A stretch of DNA of 32,000 nucleotides from Candidatus Saccharimonadota bacterium. GTDB lineage: Bacteria; Patescibacteriota; Gracilibacteria; Absconditabacterales; Absconditicoccaceae. The notes beneath the pieces are model-generated. The model saw only the letters and a list, made by a program, of their open reading frames with translations. It was not told the origin of the DNA and searched no databases. The translations under genes were made by a program, and so were the position numbers. Where the stretch lies: assembly GCA_000503875.1 (NCBI GenBank), contig CP006913.1, positions 660,001 through 692,000 of the forward strand. The letters are read 5' to 3'. Below are positions 19,515 to 28,795 of the stretch, in pieces (position 1 is the first letter of the stretch; each line of letters begins with the position of its first letter).

Positions 19515-19660
19515 ATAAAAAAGGTGAGCGTTTACATTTTTAGGTAAGAAAATACATGGAGTCGAATTTGTTTGTGTTTTCTACCGTTAAGAAAATGTAA
19601 CAGCTCACGAGGGGTTTTTTGGTTACTTTTTGACCTGGGAGCAAAAAGTAACATAAAAAA
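19515..19660 (+). repeat. structured intergenic repeat, copy 2 (core 19524-19652)
   Basis: Same architecture as copy 1. Flanked on both sides by ATAAAAAA (19515-19522 and 19653-19660). The apical loop differs (GTCGAAT versus GCCGGT) while the stems are conserved. Confidence 0.85.
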
Positions 19661-19777
19661 TATCCCAGCGGAACGAAAAAAATATATTTAATGCATATTT
19701 TTTATACTTGCAAAAAAGCAATCATTTCACTACCATATACCCAACACCCAACATTTATCACCCAACACAATTAAACA

Positions 19778-20992
19778 ATGCTCCTTATCTGAGATATCCA
19801 TATCACTTCAAAACATAAAGAGAGAATCATTCAAGAACTCAGAGCATATATCAATGCTCATCCATCAGAAAACACTATCATTTTTCTTGGAGACTACGTC
19901 TATCATTTTTCCTATGACAGAACTGCTCTGCTCTCACTTTATCATTTTTTCGTAGAACTTTTTGAACAAGGTAAATCTGTCTATATTCTCTCAGGGAATC
20001 ACGATCGATTGGGAAGTTCTTTCGTCTTCGAAGAAGCTCAAAAAGCATTTTCTATTATTCAAAAATACGACACTAAACACCAAGGAAATCTCCATTTTAT
20101 TACCCAACCAACAGTGGTTACTATCGAAAACCAAAAAATCATTCTCTTTCCTTTTATGCTTCAAGTACCAGAACAACAACCAAAACAACAACCATCTTGG
20201 ATCAAAAATATTGAATATTTAGCAACATCATCCAACAAAAACGAACAAATATCATGGAAAATAAACAATTGTTTGGCAGCGTTGCTTGAACAATATCCAG
20301 ATTCTTTAGTTATCCACCATTATTATTTTAACAAAACCAAATTTCCTGGTCAAAAATCTCAATTTTCTTACAAAGATATCGCACTTAGCCAAGAACTTCT
20401 TGATATGCCAGATATCCAATTTCTTTCAGGACATCTTCATCAAGCATATTCTCACAAAAATTATCTTTGCACGGGAAGTGTACGATCAACTAGCCCTTTG
20501 GAAATTAATCAAGAAAAATTTCTCTTTCAATATGATACTGCAAACAAAACATATAATGCAGATCCCATACGCATCAACCCATATCTTCAATACGATCAAG
20601 GACAAAAAATCTCTCAAGAAACACTAAAAGAGACGATATTTCAACAAACAATCAATAGTAAACAAAATTTTCTTGGAACACAATCTATACAAATAAATAA
20701 TTCTGATTTTATTCCATCGCAATATATAAGCATAACCATCGTTTGAGAAAGTTTAGAATACGAACATATCGAAGAATATATAGAAGATAATCTTCTCAAT
20801 CAAATAGGTCAAATTAAATTAAAAAAACAATTAGTAAACACTAATGAACTTTTGGAAAAGCTTCAACTTTCCTCAGAAGGGAATCAAAGTTTCTCTGATT
20901 GGAAGCAACTTCTCAAAGACTATATTCTCCAAAAATATCAAGGAGAATATCCAGAATACGAAACCATTTTGCAAGAGTTAAAAGTCCTCTAA
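19778..20992 (+). CDS. calcineurin-like metallophosphoesterase, SbcD/Mre11-like (404 aa)
   Basis: Ordered motifs GDIH, GDYV.H, GNHD and GHLH. Joins the upstream part to track ORF 20009-20746 and beyond via TGAs. Ends at TAA 20990-20992. Confidence 0.7.
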
Positions 20993-21007
20993 AAAGTGCT
21001 TCAAAAT

Positions 21008-21036
21008 TTGACAGAAAACATGTTTTTGGATATAAT
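21008..21036 (+). promoter_or_regulatory. consensus sigma70 promoter
   Basis: TTGACA (21008-21013), 17 nt, TATAAT (21031-21036). Confidence 0.7.
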
Positions 21037-21079
21037 TTAAGGGTAAACTGCATATCTCTTTATTATACAAAAACAAAAA

Positions 21080-22186
21080 ATGATAGATTCTTCAGACATC
21101 ATCTTATACAAAAAGAAAGGATTTGACGGTGAAAAATACATCAAACTTCAGAAAGAAGCAATTTTAAAAAGAATTTCTCAATTCAATAAATGAAGATTAT
21201 ACCTAGAAATTGGTGGTAAATTTTTGTATGATACCCATGCTGCCAGAGTACTTCCAGGTTTCATTCCCGAATCCAAAAAACATATTTTTGCTGCACTAAA
21301 AGATGAGATAGAAATACTTTTTTGTGTAAATGCATCCGATATCTTAGCAGATAGACAATTAACTAACCAAGATATCACCTACAAAACTCAAGTACAAACA
21401 TTAATTAAAAGGATAGAAATAGAAATCTGACTCAAACCACATATTGTTATCAATAATATCGATATCCAAGATAGTTTCGATAAAATTTTGGAATTTGAAC
21501 AAGATTTTCAACGTAAAAATTATAGAGTTTGGGAAAGATATAAAATACCTGGATATCCTCATAATACGAAAGGAGTTTTAAGCGAAAGTGGATTCGGAAA
21601 CGATGATCATATCCCTTTGACAAAAAATCTTGTTCTCGTAACAGGAGCTGCTTCCAATTCTGGAAAACTCTCTACGTGTTTAGGACAAATCTACAATGAC
21701 CACCAAATTGGGATAGAATCTGGATATGCAAAATATGAAACATTTCCTATTTGGAATCTTCCATTGAAACATCCAGTAAATTTAGCATATGAAGCAGCAA
21801 CTGCTGATATAAACGATTATAATATGATTGATCCATATCACAAGAAAGCGTACAATAAAGATTCTGTAAATTATAACAGAGATGTTGAAGCCTTTGAAGT
21901 AATTATGGGAATCGTAGAAAAAACTATTTCTAAAGAAAATTTTATGAGTACATATAAATCACCGACAGATATGGGAATCAATGATGCTGGCTTTTGTATC
22001 ACCGATGATGAAATAGTTACCATTGCTTCTCTCGAAGAAATCAAAAGAAGAAAACTTTGGTATCAACAAATGATTGATAGAAATGAATGAGAAACAAAAC
22101 GAACAGAACAATGCAATATATTAGAAAAAGAATGCAATGAATATGCTCAACAAAAGAAATATAATCTTAATCAAAAAATACATTAA
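21080..22186 (+). CDS. UPF0371 / DUF1846 family protein (368 aa)
   Basis: N-terminus [48 protein letters not shown] matches the remembered family signature. Joins track ORFs 21224-21430 and 21488-22090 (all in the same frame). Confidence 0.75.
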
Positions 22187-22197
22187 TAAACTAAAAC

Positions 22198-22238
22198 AAA
22201 GATGCCGAGTTTTCCAAAAGAGATCTACGGCATTTTTC
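22198..22238 (+). terminator. terminator-like hairpin after the DUF1846 gene
   Basis: GATGCCG (22201-22207) / CGGCAT (22228-22233) plus T5. The loop is long (20 nt). Confidence 0.5.
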
Positions 22239-22243
22239 ATAAG

Positions 22244-22268
22244 AAAAAAACCTCTGATTGCTCAGAGG
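22244..22268 (-). terminator. Rho-independent terminator of the 22363-22890 gene
   Basis: CCTCTGA (22251-22257) / TCAGAGG (22262-22268). The plus-strand A7 (22244-22250) gives the U-run on the minus strand. Confidence 0.7.
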
Positions 22269-22362
22269 ATTCTTTGTACAATATACTCGACCGCCAAAAT
22301 TATTATTTATTTTGAATGCGAGAGGTGTATGCTATATCCCTATAGAGATAGGGTATAATATC

Positions 22363-22890
22363 TTATAAGAATGGACATAATGATATATCACAATTAATAT
22401 CTTCACAGAAATTTGCATCTACTCATGTAATATTTGCTCCTGAAAGAGCTGTTATAATATCACACATTTTACAAATAATTTCTTCTGTACAAGAACTTTT
22501 CTCTGCTTCATCTCAAACAGAAATACATTTAGCACCATCACAAACCAACGTTGTATTCACTCTATTAGTTACTGACGCTACTGCTGCAGTAAATACTGAA
22601 GTATTTATATTGGTTGCATTAAGAGCATTTGTAGTAATACCTGAAGCTATAATACTTCCTGATGTCCCATCAAAAGAAATAGTTGCTACTGTATTTGATG
22701 TTCCACTTGGAGAAAGAAACATTTTTTGTAAATAGACAAAAGAATTAGAAACATATGGATTCAATATCAAATCTGCTGATGAAAACAGAAGTACTGCTGA
22801 TGCTCCCAAAAAGAACAAAGCTAATGCTTTTAAAAGACTATTTCTCTTCAACATATCTGATTGATGAAGAAGGTTTTTACGTACAAACAT
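22363..22890 (-). CDS. secreted Ser/Thr/Asn-rich protein with Cys-rich C-terminal tail (175 aa; possible start at Met13)
   Basis: Track ORF 22513-22890 extended codon by codon through TGA to TAA 22365-22363. Signal-like MLKRNSLLKALALFFLGASAVLLFSSA. The tail SSCTEEIICKMCDIITALSGANITGVDANFCEDINCDISLCPFL carries 7 Cys. Confidence 0.6.
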
Positions 22891-23011
22891 GGTAAATATA
22901 TAATGAATAAAACTCTATACTAAGTATAAACACAATAGTTTAAAATCAAAAAAAATCTGACATTCTCAATACGATAGGATTGACAATTTATAATAAAATT
23001 ACAAAATAATA

Positions 23012-23039
23012 TTGAATCGCAATTTCAAAATGCTACAAT
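23012..23039 (+). promoter_or_regulatory. sigma70-type promoter for sod
   Basis: TTGAAT (23012-23017), 16 nt, TACAAT (23034-23039), preceded by TG (extended -10-like). Confidence 0.5.
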
Positions 23040-23117
23040 TCTATTCAGCCAAGAACTAAGTATTACTAAATACTAAGTCTTAAGCGCTAAATATTTTTAC
23101 GTTCTAAACAAACAACC

Positions 23118-23732
23118 ATGATAACACTACCACAACTTCCTTTTGCAAATACTGCTCTAGCTCCAATTATAGAGAGCAAAACAATTGACCTCCACTACGG
23201 AAAACATCATCAAGGATACGTAAATAAACTCAATGAATTGATCAAATGAACTCCTTTCGAAAACTCGGATTTGGAAACAATTATCGCAAGCGTTGACGCT
23301 TGACCAATATTCAACAATGCCGCCCAAATCCGAAACCACACTTTCTATCGAAATTCTCTTCGCTCTGCTTTAGAAAACAATTTACCTAGCGATGACTTCT
23401 TGCGAGCCATAGAACAAAAACGAGGATCTTTTGATGCGTTTAAACAAGAATTTATCACCAAAGCCACCAATAACTTTTGATCAGGTCGAACCTGGCTCGC
23501 AAAAACACCACATAATGAATTAGAAATTATCAATACCTCAAATGCTGGAACCCCTCTCAGACAAGAAACAGTAATTTGAAATAAAGATTGAATAGCATAT
23601 ATTCCCCTCTTTACTATTGATGTTTGGGAACATGCTTATTATCTAGACTATCAAAACCGCAGACCAGATTATCTCACCAACATTCGATCCCTCATCAACT
23701 GGAGTTTCGCAGAAAATAATTTTAGTAAATAA
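23118..23732 (+). CDS. sodB: Fe-type superoxide dismutase (204 aa)
   Basis: [17 protein letters not shown]-x-NHTFY-x-NSL, FGSG-x-[21 protein letters not shown] and NI-x-SLINW, where x is CGA at positions that are Trp in E. coli SodB. Several TGA Gly codons. Confidence 0.92.
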
Positions 23733-23834
23733 AATATAGTATTCGATCCAGTAATCTCTCAATACGAGCAATAAAAAGAACAAACAACCCTTTCGTGATA
23801 GTTTCACTAGTGATTAAAGTCAAAATCTAAACTA

Positions 23835-24043
23835 ATAAAAAAGTGAGCGTTTACATTTTTAGGTAAAGAAAATACATGGAGCCGGTTTGTTTGTGTTTTT
23901 TACCGTTAAGAAAATGTAACAGCTCACGAGGGGTTTTTGGTTACTTCGAACACTCAAAGAATCTGTACCTTATTGCTTTGAGATGAGAGAAGGATACTTA
24001 TTAGTGTACTTTTTGACCCGGCAGCAAAAAGTAACATAAAAAA
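23835..24043 (+). repeat. structured intergenic repeat, copy 3 (core 23843-24035) with a nested 60-nt insertion at 23947-24006
   Basis: Same element, flanked by ATAAAAAA (23835-23842 and 24036-24043). The 5' arm of the second hairpin is interrupted by 60 nt bracketed by a duplicated TACTT (23942-23946 and 24007-24011). Confidence 0.85.
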
Positions 24044-24070
24044 AATATATTATATATAAACAGTACACCA

Positions 24071-24409
24071 ATGAATAAAAGAAAACGTTGATATCAAGCC
24101 GAAAATATAGCAAAACAATACTTTATTAAACAATGATACAAAATACTACATCAGAATTATACTATTCGTTGATGAGAATTAGATATTATAGCAGAAAAAG
24201 GAAACAATCGCATCTTTATAGAAGTCAAAGAAGTAGAGCAAACCAACGACCTTCACAATTACATTTCACCAAGAAAACTTCAAACAATATACAAAACAAT
24301 TCAATTCTTCAATCATGAATACACAACAGACAAGCAACTTCGCATTGACCTTGTTTTCATAAAAGAAAACAATATACTTTATCACTACGAAAATATTAGC
24401 AATAACTAA
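24071..24409 (+). CDS. yraN: YraN-family (UPF0102) endonuclease-like protein (112 aa)
   Basis: GYQAENIAKQYFIKQGYKILHQNYTIRGGELDIIAE....IFIEVK matches the G..E..A...L...G......N.....GE.D.I...FVEVK pattern. Four TGA Gly codons. Track ORF 24133-24318 is out of frame. Confidence 0.8.
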
Positions 24410-24415
24410 CATTAT

Positions 24416-25585
24416 ATGAAAAAATATCTTGCTTGAATATACGTTATATTGGGAATTCTTATCTGATTTTTTTGATATCAAGAATTTTCCAAAACACCTG
24501 TAATAAACAATCAAAACTATGAACGTTTTTGAGAAGTTTTAACAACTCTTCAAAATTTATACTACGATCAAGAAAAAATCAATACATGAGAAATGATAGA
24601 AAATGCTATAAAAGCATACGTAGACGCTCTAGAGGATCCTTACACATCGTATTTAGATGCAGAAACCAATTCTGGATTCCAAGAAGAGCTTAAATGAGAA
24701 TCAAATTTTGAAGGAATATGAGCGGTGATCAGCAAAAAAGATTATTACGTTCTTGTAGAAGAAGTCATCAAAGATTCTCCAGCTTTCAAAGCAGGTGTGC
24801 AACCATTAGATAGGATAGTCTTTATTGGCTCTGGAGAAACCAAAAATCTTTCGATCAATGAAGCAGTAAAACAAATTAGATGACCAAAATGAAGTATCGT
24901 CTCAATATTAATAGAAAGAGTAAATAAAGATGAGACCAAAGAACTTTTGGAAAAGAAAGTAACAAGAAATACTATATCTGTTCCTTCTGTTACAAGCAAA
25001 ATATTAACTTGAGAAAAAAATATTGGATATTTGGAAATATCTGTCATAGGCGAAGAAACAGAAAATCTGCTCAAAAAAGAGCTTCTCAGCTTCAAAAATC
25101 AAAAAATACAGGGAATTATTATCGATCTTAGAGGTAATGGAGGCTGATTTTTGCCTATAGCAGTTGAGATAGCATCACATTTTGTACCGAAAAAAAAATT
25201 AATTGTTTCTTCAAAATACAAACAATTATGAGAAGAAGAATTCTATTCTAGAGGTTACGAAAGTTTAAATGTCCCTGTTGTAGTGCTCATAGATGGTTTC
25301 ACTGCTTCAGCTGGAGAAATTATCGCGCTTGCATTACAAGAACAAATAGGATCAAAACTTATAGGAACTCAAACATTTTGAAAAGGTTCTATTCAAACTA
25401 TGGAAGACTTCGATGACTGAGCATCACTCAAATATACTATCGGAAAACGATATAGTCCAAGTGGCAAAAATATCGATAAAATAGGTATTACACCTGACAT
25501 TGTACTAGAGTTTGATAGTGAAGCATACAAAAATAATATCGATAACCAACTAGAAAAAGCAAAAGAAACACTCCTAAATATGTAA
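24416..25585 (+). CDS. ctp: S41 family C-terminal processing peptidase, membrane-anchored (389 aa)
   Basis: N-terminal TM segment, then YVDALEDPYTSYL, FEGIGAVI, a PDZ-like segment, DLRGNGGG, DGFTASAGEI, TFGKGSIQ and GITPD. Absent from the standard-code track because of about 20 in-frame TGAs. Confidence 0.85.
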
Positions 25586-25615
25586 CAAATTCGAATTTAT
25601 TTCGTATACATAAAG

Positions 25616-25945
25616 ATGACAGTAACCGTAAAAATAGAAAATAGTGAAGGAAAAGAACTCGGTTCGTTTATTGCAGACGATAGAAAAAGTCTGAGTCAAA
25701 TGGCTCAAGACAACAATATTGATATCCCTGTCTCTTGTTGTATGGGAGCTTGCTATGTTTGTGCATGCCAGATAAAAAAGGGGGCGGAACACGTTAAAAT
25801 AGATAAACTGATGCCACCTGCCATACTCCCCGCCCAAGACGAAAATAAAAATTTCAAAGAGATCTTCACCTGCGTGTGAGGAATCCAAACAGAAAAAATA
25901 AAAAGCAAAGAAAATTTCGAAGTAATATTACAGAAGAACATCTAA
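25616..25945 (+). CDS. 2Fe-2S ferredoxin-like protein (109 aa)
   Basis: CX4CX2C (SCCMGACYVC) plus a distal Cys (FTCV). One TGA. Ends at TAA 25943-25945. Confidence 0.7.
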
Positions 25946-25970
25946 TATTTGATTATTTATAGCAAACCAT

Positions 25971-26537
25971 ATGCGCCACTTTGATCAAGAATTGATTAAA
26001 AAGCTCAAACAACAAGATCACTCAGCGTTCAACACCTTCTATCTAGAAACTGTTGATATGTTTTCTCGTTATATAGAAGCCAATTATTTTATAAATACAC
26101 AAGATGCTCAAGATCTCATTGCAGATTTTTACGTAAAATTTCGAGAATGAGTAAAAAAATACGATGAAAATCAATCTTTTTCCTGATATTTTCGAACTGT
26201 TTTTAAAAATCTTCTAAAAGATCATTTCAAAAAAAATCATGATATCCCTTTTACTGATTTGGTTGTAGAAGATCAAGATATGACATTTGAAGAAACACTT
26301 GTTGATGAAGAAGAAGTTATAGGAGATCTTTTACAAAAAGATTTTGAATTAACAAAGATACAACAAGCAATGAAAGATCTAGATGATTGAAGTAGAGATA
26401 TTATTTATTGGAAGTTTATAGAAGAAAAATCAAATGAAGAAATTGAAATATTATTATGAATATCAAATGACAATGTAAGACAAAGAATCTCTAGAGCGAT
26501 TAAACAACTCAAAGCCCGCCTAGAAAACTTGCTATAG
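25971..26537 (+). CDS. sigma-70 family (ECF-like) RNA polymerase sigma factor (188 aa)
   Basis: Region 2: DLIADFYVKF-x-EGVKKYD....FSGYF-x-TVFKNLLKD (x is CGA at the usual Trp positions). Region 4: ILLGISNDNVRQRISRAIKQLK. Entirely missing from the standard-code track. Confidence 0.8.
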
Positions 26538-26740
26538 CATAATTATAAAATCATTTTAAAAAAAGTCAACATATGTTCATTAAAGAACAGAACAAAAAAA
26601 AACAGATAACCTAATTATAAAGCCAATTATAACAAATAAATAAGATTTTCTGCTTTTCTTGAAAAATCTCTTGAAATAGCTGTCCTGTATACTAATATCT
26701 AGTAGTACAACACAATTTTATTTTATAACAATTGTACACA

Positions 26741-27016
26741 ATGACAAAGACAGCTCTTATTGCTAGCTTGGCTGAAGAACTTGGAGTTTCTAAGAAACTT
26801 GCTGCTGAATTAGTTAACGCTTTCATCGACACAGTTATTGCTGGTGTTAAAAAAACAGGAGAAGTTAGAATTCAAGGTTTCGGAACTTTCAAAGCTTCAA
26901 AAAGAAAAGCTAGAGAAGGTGTTAATCCACAAAACCCATCTCAAAAAATCAAAATTCCTGCAATGAAAGTTGTTACTTTCAAAGCTGGTGCTGATTTCAA
27001 AGCTGCTGTGAAATAA
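26741..27016 (+). CDS. hup: DNA-binding protein HU (91 aa)
   Basis: MTKTALIASLAEELGVSKK......GFGTFKASKRKAREGVNPQNPSQKIKIPAMKVVTFKAG is a classical HU/IHF fold sequence. The track start at 26732 is a TTG, so ATG 26741 is preferred. Confidence 0.9.
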   Translation: MTKTALIASLAEELGVSKKLAAELVNAFIDTVIAGVKKTGEVRIQGFGTFKASKRKAREGVNPQNPSQKIKIPAMKVVTFKAGADFKAAVK

Positions 27017-27040
27017 TTTCTTTCTTCACACACTTCAAAG

Positions 27041-27068
27041 AAACTTTCTCTTCGGAGAGAGTTTTTTT
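27041..27068 (+). terminator. Rho-independent terminator with UUCG tetraloop
   Basis: 10-bp stem 27041-27050 / 27055-27064, loop TTCG (27051-27054), then a T-run. Confidence 0.8.
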
Positions 27069-27093
27069 GTTTGCATAAGAAAAGAAAAACTAT

Positions 27094-27167
27094 ATAAGCT
27101 AATAGCTTATAGTCGATAGCTTATAGTTACTGACTTTCAGCTGCTAGCTATTAACTATTAGCTAAAT
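27094..27167. repeat. AGCT-core palindromic/tandem repeat cluster A
   Basis: ATAAGCTA / ATAGCTTAT palindrome. ATAGCTTATAG occurs twice with a 14-nt period (27102-27112 and 27116-27126). AGCTATTA (27146-27153) and ATTAGCTAAAT (27157-27167) follow. Confidence 0.7.
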
Positions 27168-27201
27168 TAATAATTTTTTAATTTTTAATTATTAATTTTT
27201 A

Positions 27202-27594
27202 ATGAACGGATACACATTTCTAGCCTTAATTCTCTGATGAGCAATAGGATATGCTATTTTTTATTTTAGGTTTCAACATAAAGATACGGTAAATCATCTT
27301 AGGAGTAGCTTAAAAGAAGCCAACAAAGAATTACAGTTTGTACAGGCAGAACTTGACGAATTTACCGAACAAAACACAATCCTCAAAGAAGAAATCACTA
27401 AATTATTAGAAAAAAATGACGATCTAACTGATGTTGTAACAGAATTAAGTAAATATTATGTACATATCAAAAAAGCAGCAGAGAAAACAACTGAACTAAA
27501 CAAGTATCTTCAAGAGCCAGATGGTGATATTTTAGAAAAAATAGATAATATCAATAAAAACAACAAAGAATCTGAAGAAAAAAAATTTTTTTAA
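27202..27594 (+). CDS. membrane-anchored coiled-coil protein (130 aa)
   Basis: N-terminal TM segment FLALILGGAIGYAIFYF (GG is TGA TGA), then a heptad-like Glu/Lys/Leu region. TAA 27592-27594. Confidence 0.6.
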
Positions 27595-27610
27595 AAAGAC
27601 ATATTAAAAT

Positions 27611-28234
27611 ATGGGATATGATAGTAAACATGTAGAAATAAAATCACCTCAAGAATGATATAATCTTATTGCTGATGAATATGGAAAATATCATAAACAT
27701 CTCGATTCATTCGATAAGTGATTTTTTCAAAGAATTCTTCCTAGAAAAATTGATGATATGCGTATTATTGATTTAGGAGCTGGTGATGGAAGAATGCGAA
27801 AATTTTTTAAAGATAGTCCTATTAAACAATATACAGCTTGTGATATTTCAGAAAAATTACTTAAAAAACATCCAGGTACAAAAAAAGTTGAAAAAATAAT
27901 TTGTGATTTAGAAAAAGAACTACCTTTTCAAGACAATAGTTATGAATTAGCTATTTCTTTCTTTGTTTTGGAACATATAGATAATATCCAATGATTATTA
28001 CAAGAAATTTATAGGATATTAACCCCAGGAGGACAACGAGTTATTGGTCATTTTTTACAAAGACGTGAATTTCTTTGGAAAAAAGATAAAGAAATATTTA
28101 AAATAGAATTATTTAATCATAGAATTCAAGATATAGAAAAATTAGCTAAAGAAAATTTTTTCTCTGTAGAAATATTTCCCATTGCAGAAAAATGAACAGT
28201 TATTTGATATGTCATTTCATTAAGAAAAGATTAG
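27611..28234 (+). CDS. class I SAM-dependent methyltransferase (207 aa)
   Basis: Motif I IIDLGAGDG, then FVLEHI and LTPGGQ-x-VIG. Joins track ORF 27758-27994 on both sides. TAG 28232-28234 lies within the terminator stem. Confidence 0.75.
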
Positions 28235-28255
28235 GTATTTGCCTAATCTTTTTTA
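28224..28255. terminator. bidirectional Rho-independent terminator
   Basis: AAGATTAGG (28227-28235) / CCTAATCTT (28242-28250) with a T-run downstream and an A-rich stretch upstream. Sits between convergent genes. Confidence 0.75.
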
Positions 28256-28259
28256 GAAA

Positions 28260-28670
28260 TTATTTTTTACATTCTTGGGATACTCTCGTTTTAAGTTCAT
28301 TTGCTTTACGAATATATCAAGGAAGCGTATCTGGTAATGTTTTCATCGGTTCATTTTGTAAAGCAGAAAGCGTGTCTTTTAGCTTTTGAATAAGTTGAGG
28401 AGTATTACAACCATTTGCTTCAGCAATTCTCAAAAGTTCTTCATATGCTTTTTCATAATCAAATTTAGTTTTTAATGCTTCAGAATTGTTATTTACAAAT
28501 TTATTATACAATATTTCAACCCTTTGAACCATAACATCAAACCCAGAAAAAATAGCTATCTTTTCTGCAGGATATTTTTGAATATAGAGATAACAAAAAA
28601 ACAAAAGTACAATACCAATAAGGAATTTAATGACGTTATTTTTGAAAATTTGTTTCATTTCTTTGTCCAT
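28260..28670 (-). CDS. membrane-anchored hypothetical protein (136 aa)
   Basis: Track ORF 28317-28670 extended codon by codon through TGA to TAA 28262-28260. N-terminal TM segment FLIGIVLLFFCYLYI. Confidence 0.6.
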
Positions 28671-28795
28671 AGCAAAAAATCAGATAGTAAAATCAAAATA
28701 TTGATGTTCTTATAGTGTTTCTTCACTATATTTCAACACCAAATATAATTTATAATTGATAATGAATAATGTTTACGTATATATTACATGTTTTA

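Noticed and set aside
21080-22186. Possible truncation of the DUF1846/UPF0371 gene (368 aa, shorter than I remember for the family).
   Set aside because: I cannot verify typical family length without a database. The frame is intact from a consensus promoter to a TAA plus terminator, so no pseudogene call is made.
22795-22805. CTGATGA words (here and at 11165, 12645, 16970 and 27670) as possible hammerhead ribozyme cores.
   Set aside because: All lie inside coding regions, with no matching GAAA or stem arrangement nearby.
13507-24043. The palindromic 31-nt hairpin unit (GTTACTTTTTG-N9-CAAAAAGTAAC) as CRISPR repeats, or the whole element as integron attC sites.
   Set aside because: Copies are 4-6 kb apart with several ordinary genes, promoters and terminators between them. 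There are no regularly spaced repeats, and no cas or intI gene in the window.
24133-24318. Track ORF 24133-24318 (61 aa, Arg/Ser-rich) as a gene.
   Set aside because: It is out of frame with the YraN-family reading (24071-24409), which matches the family pattern once TGA is read as Gly.
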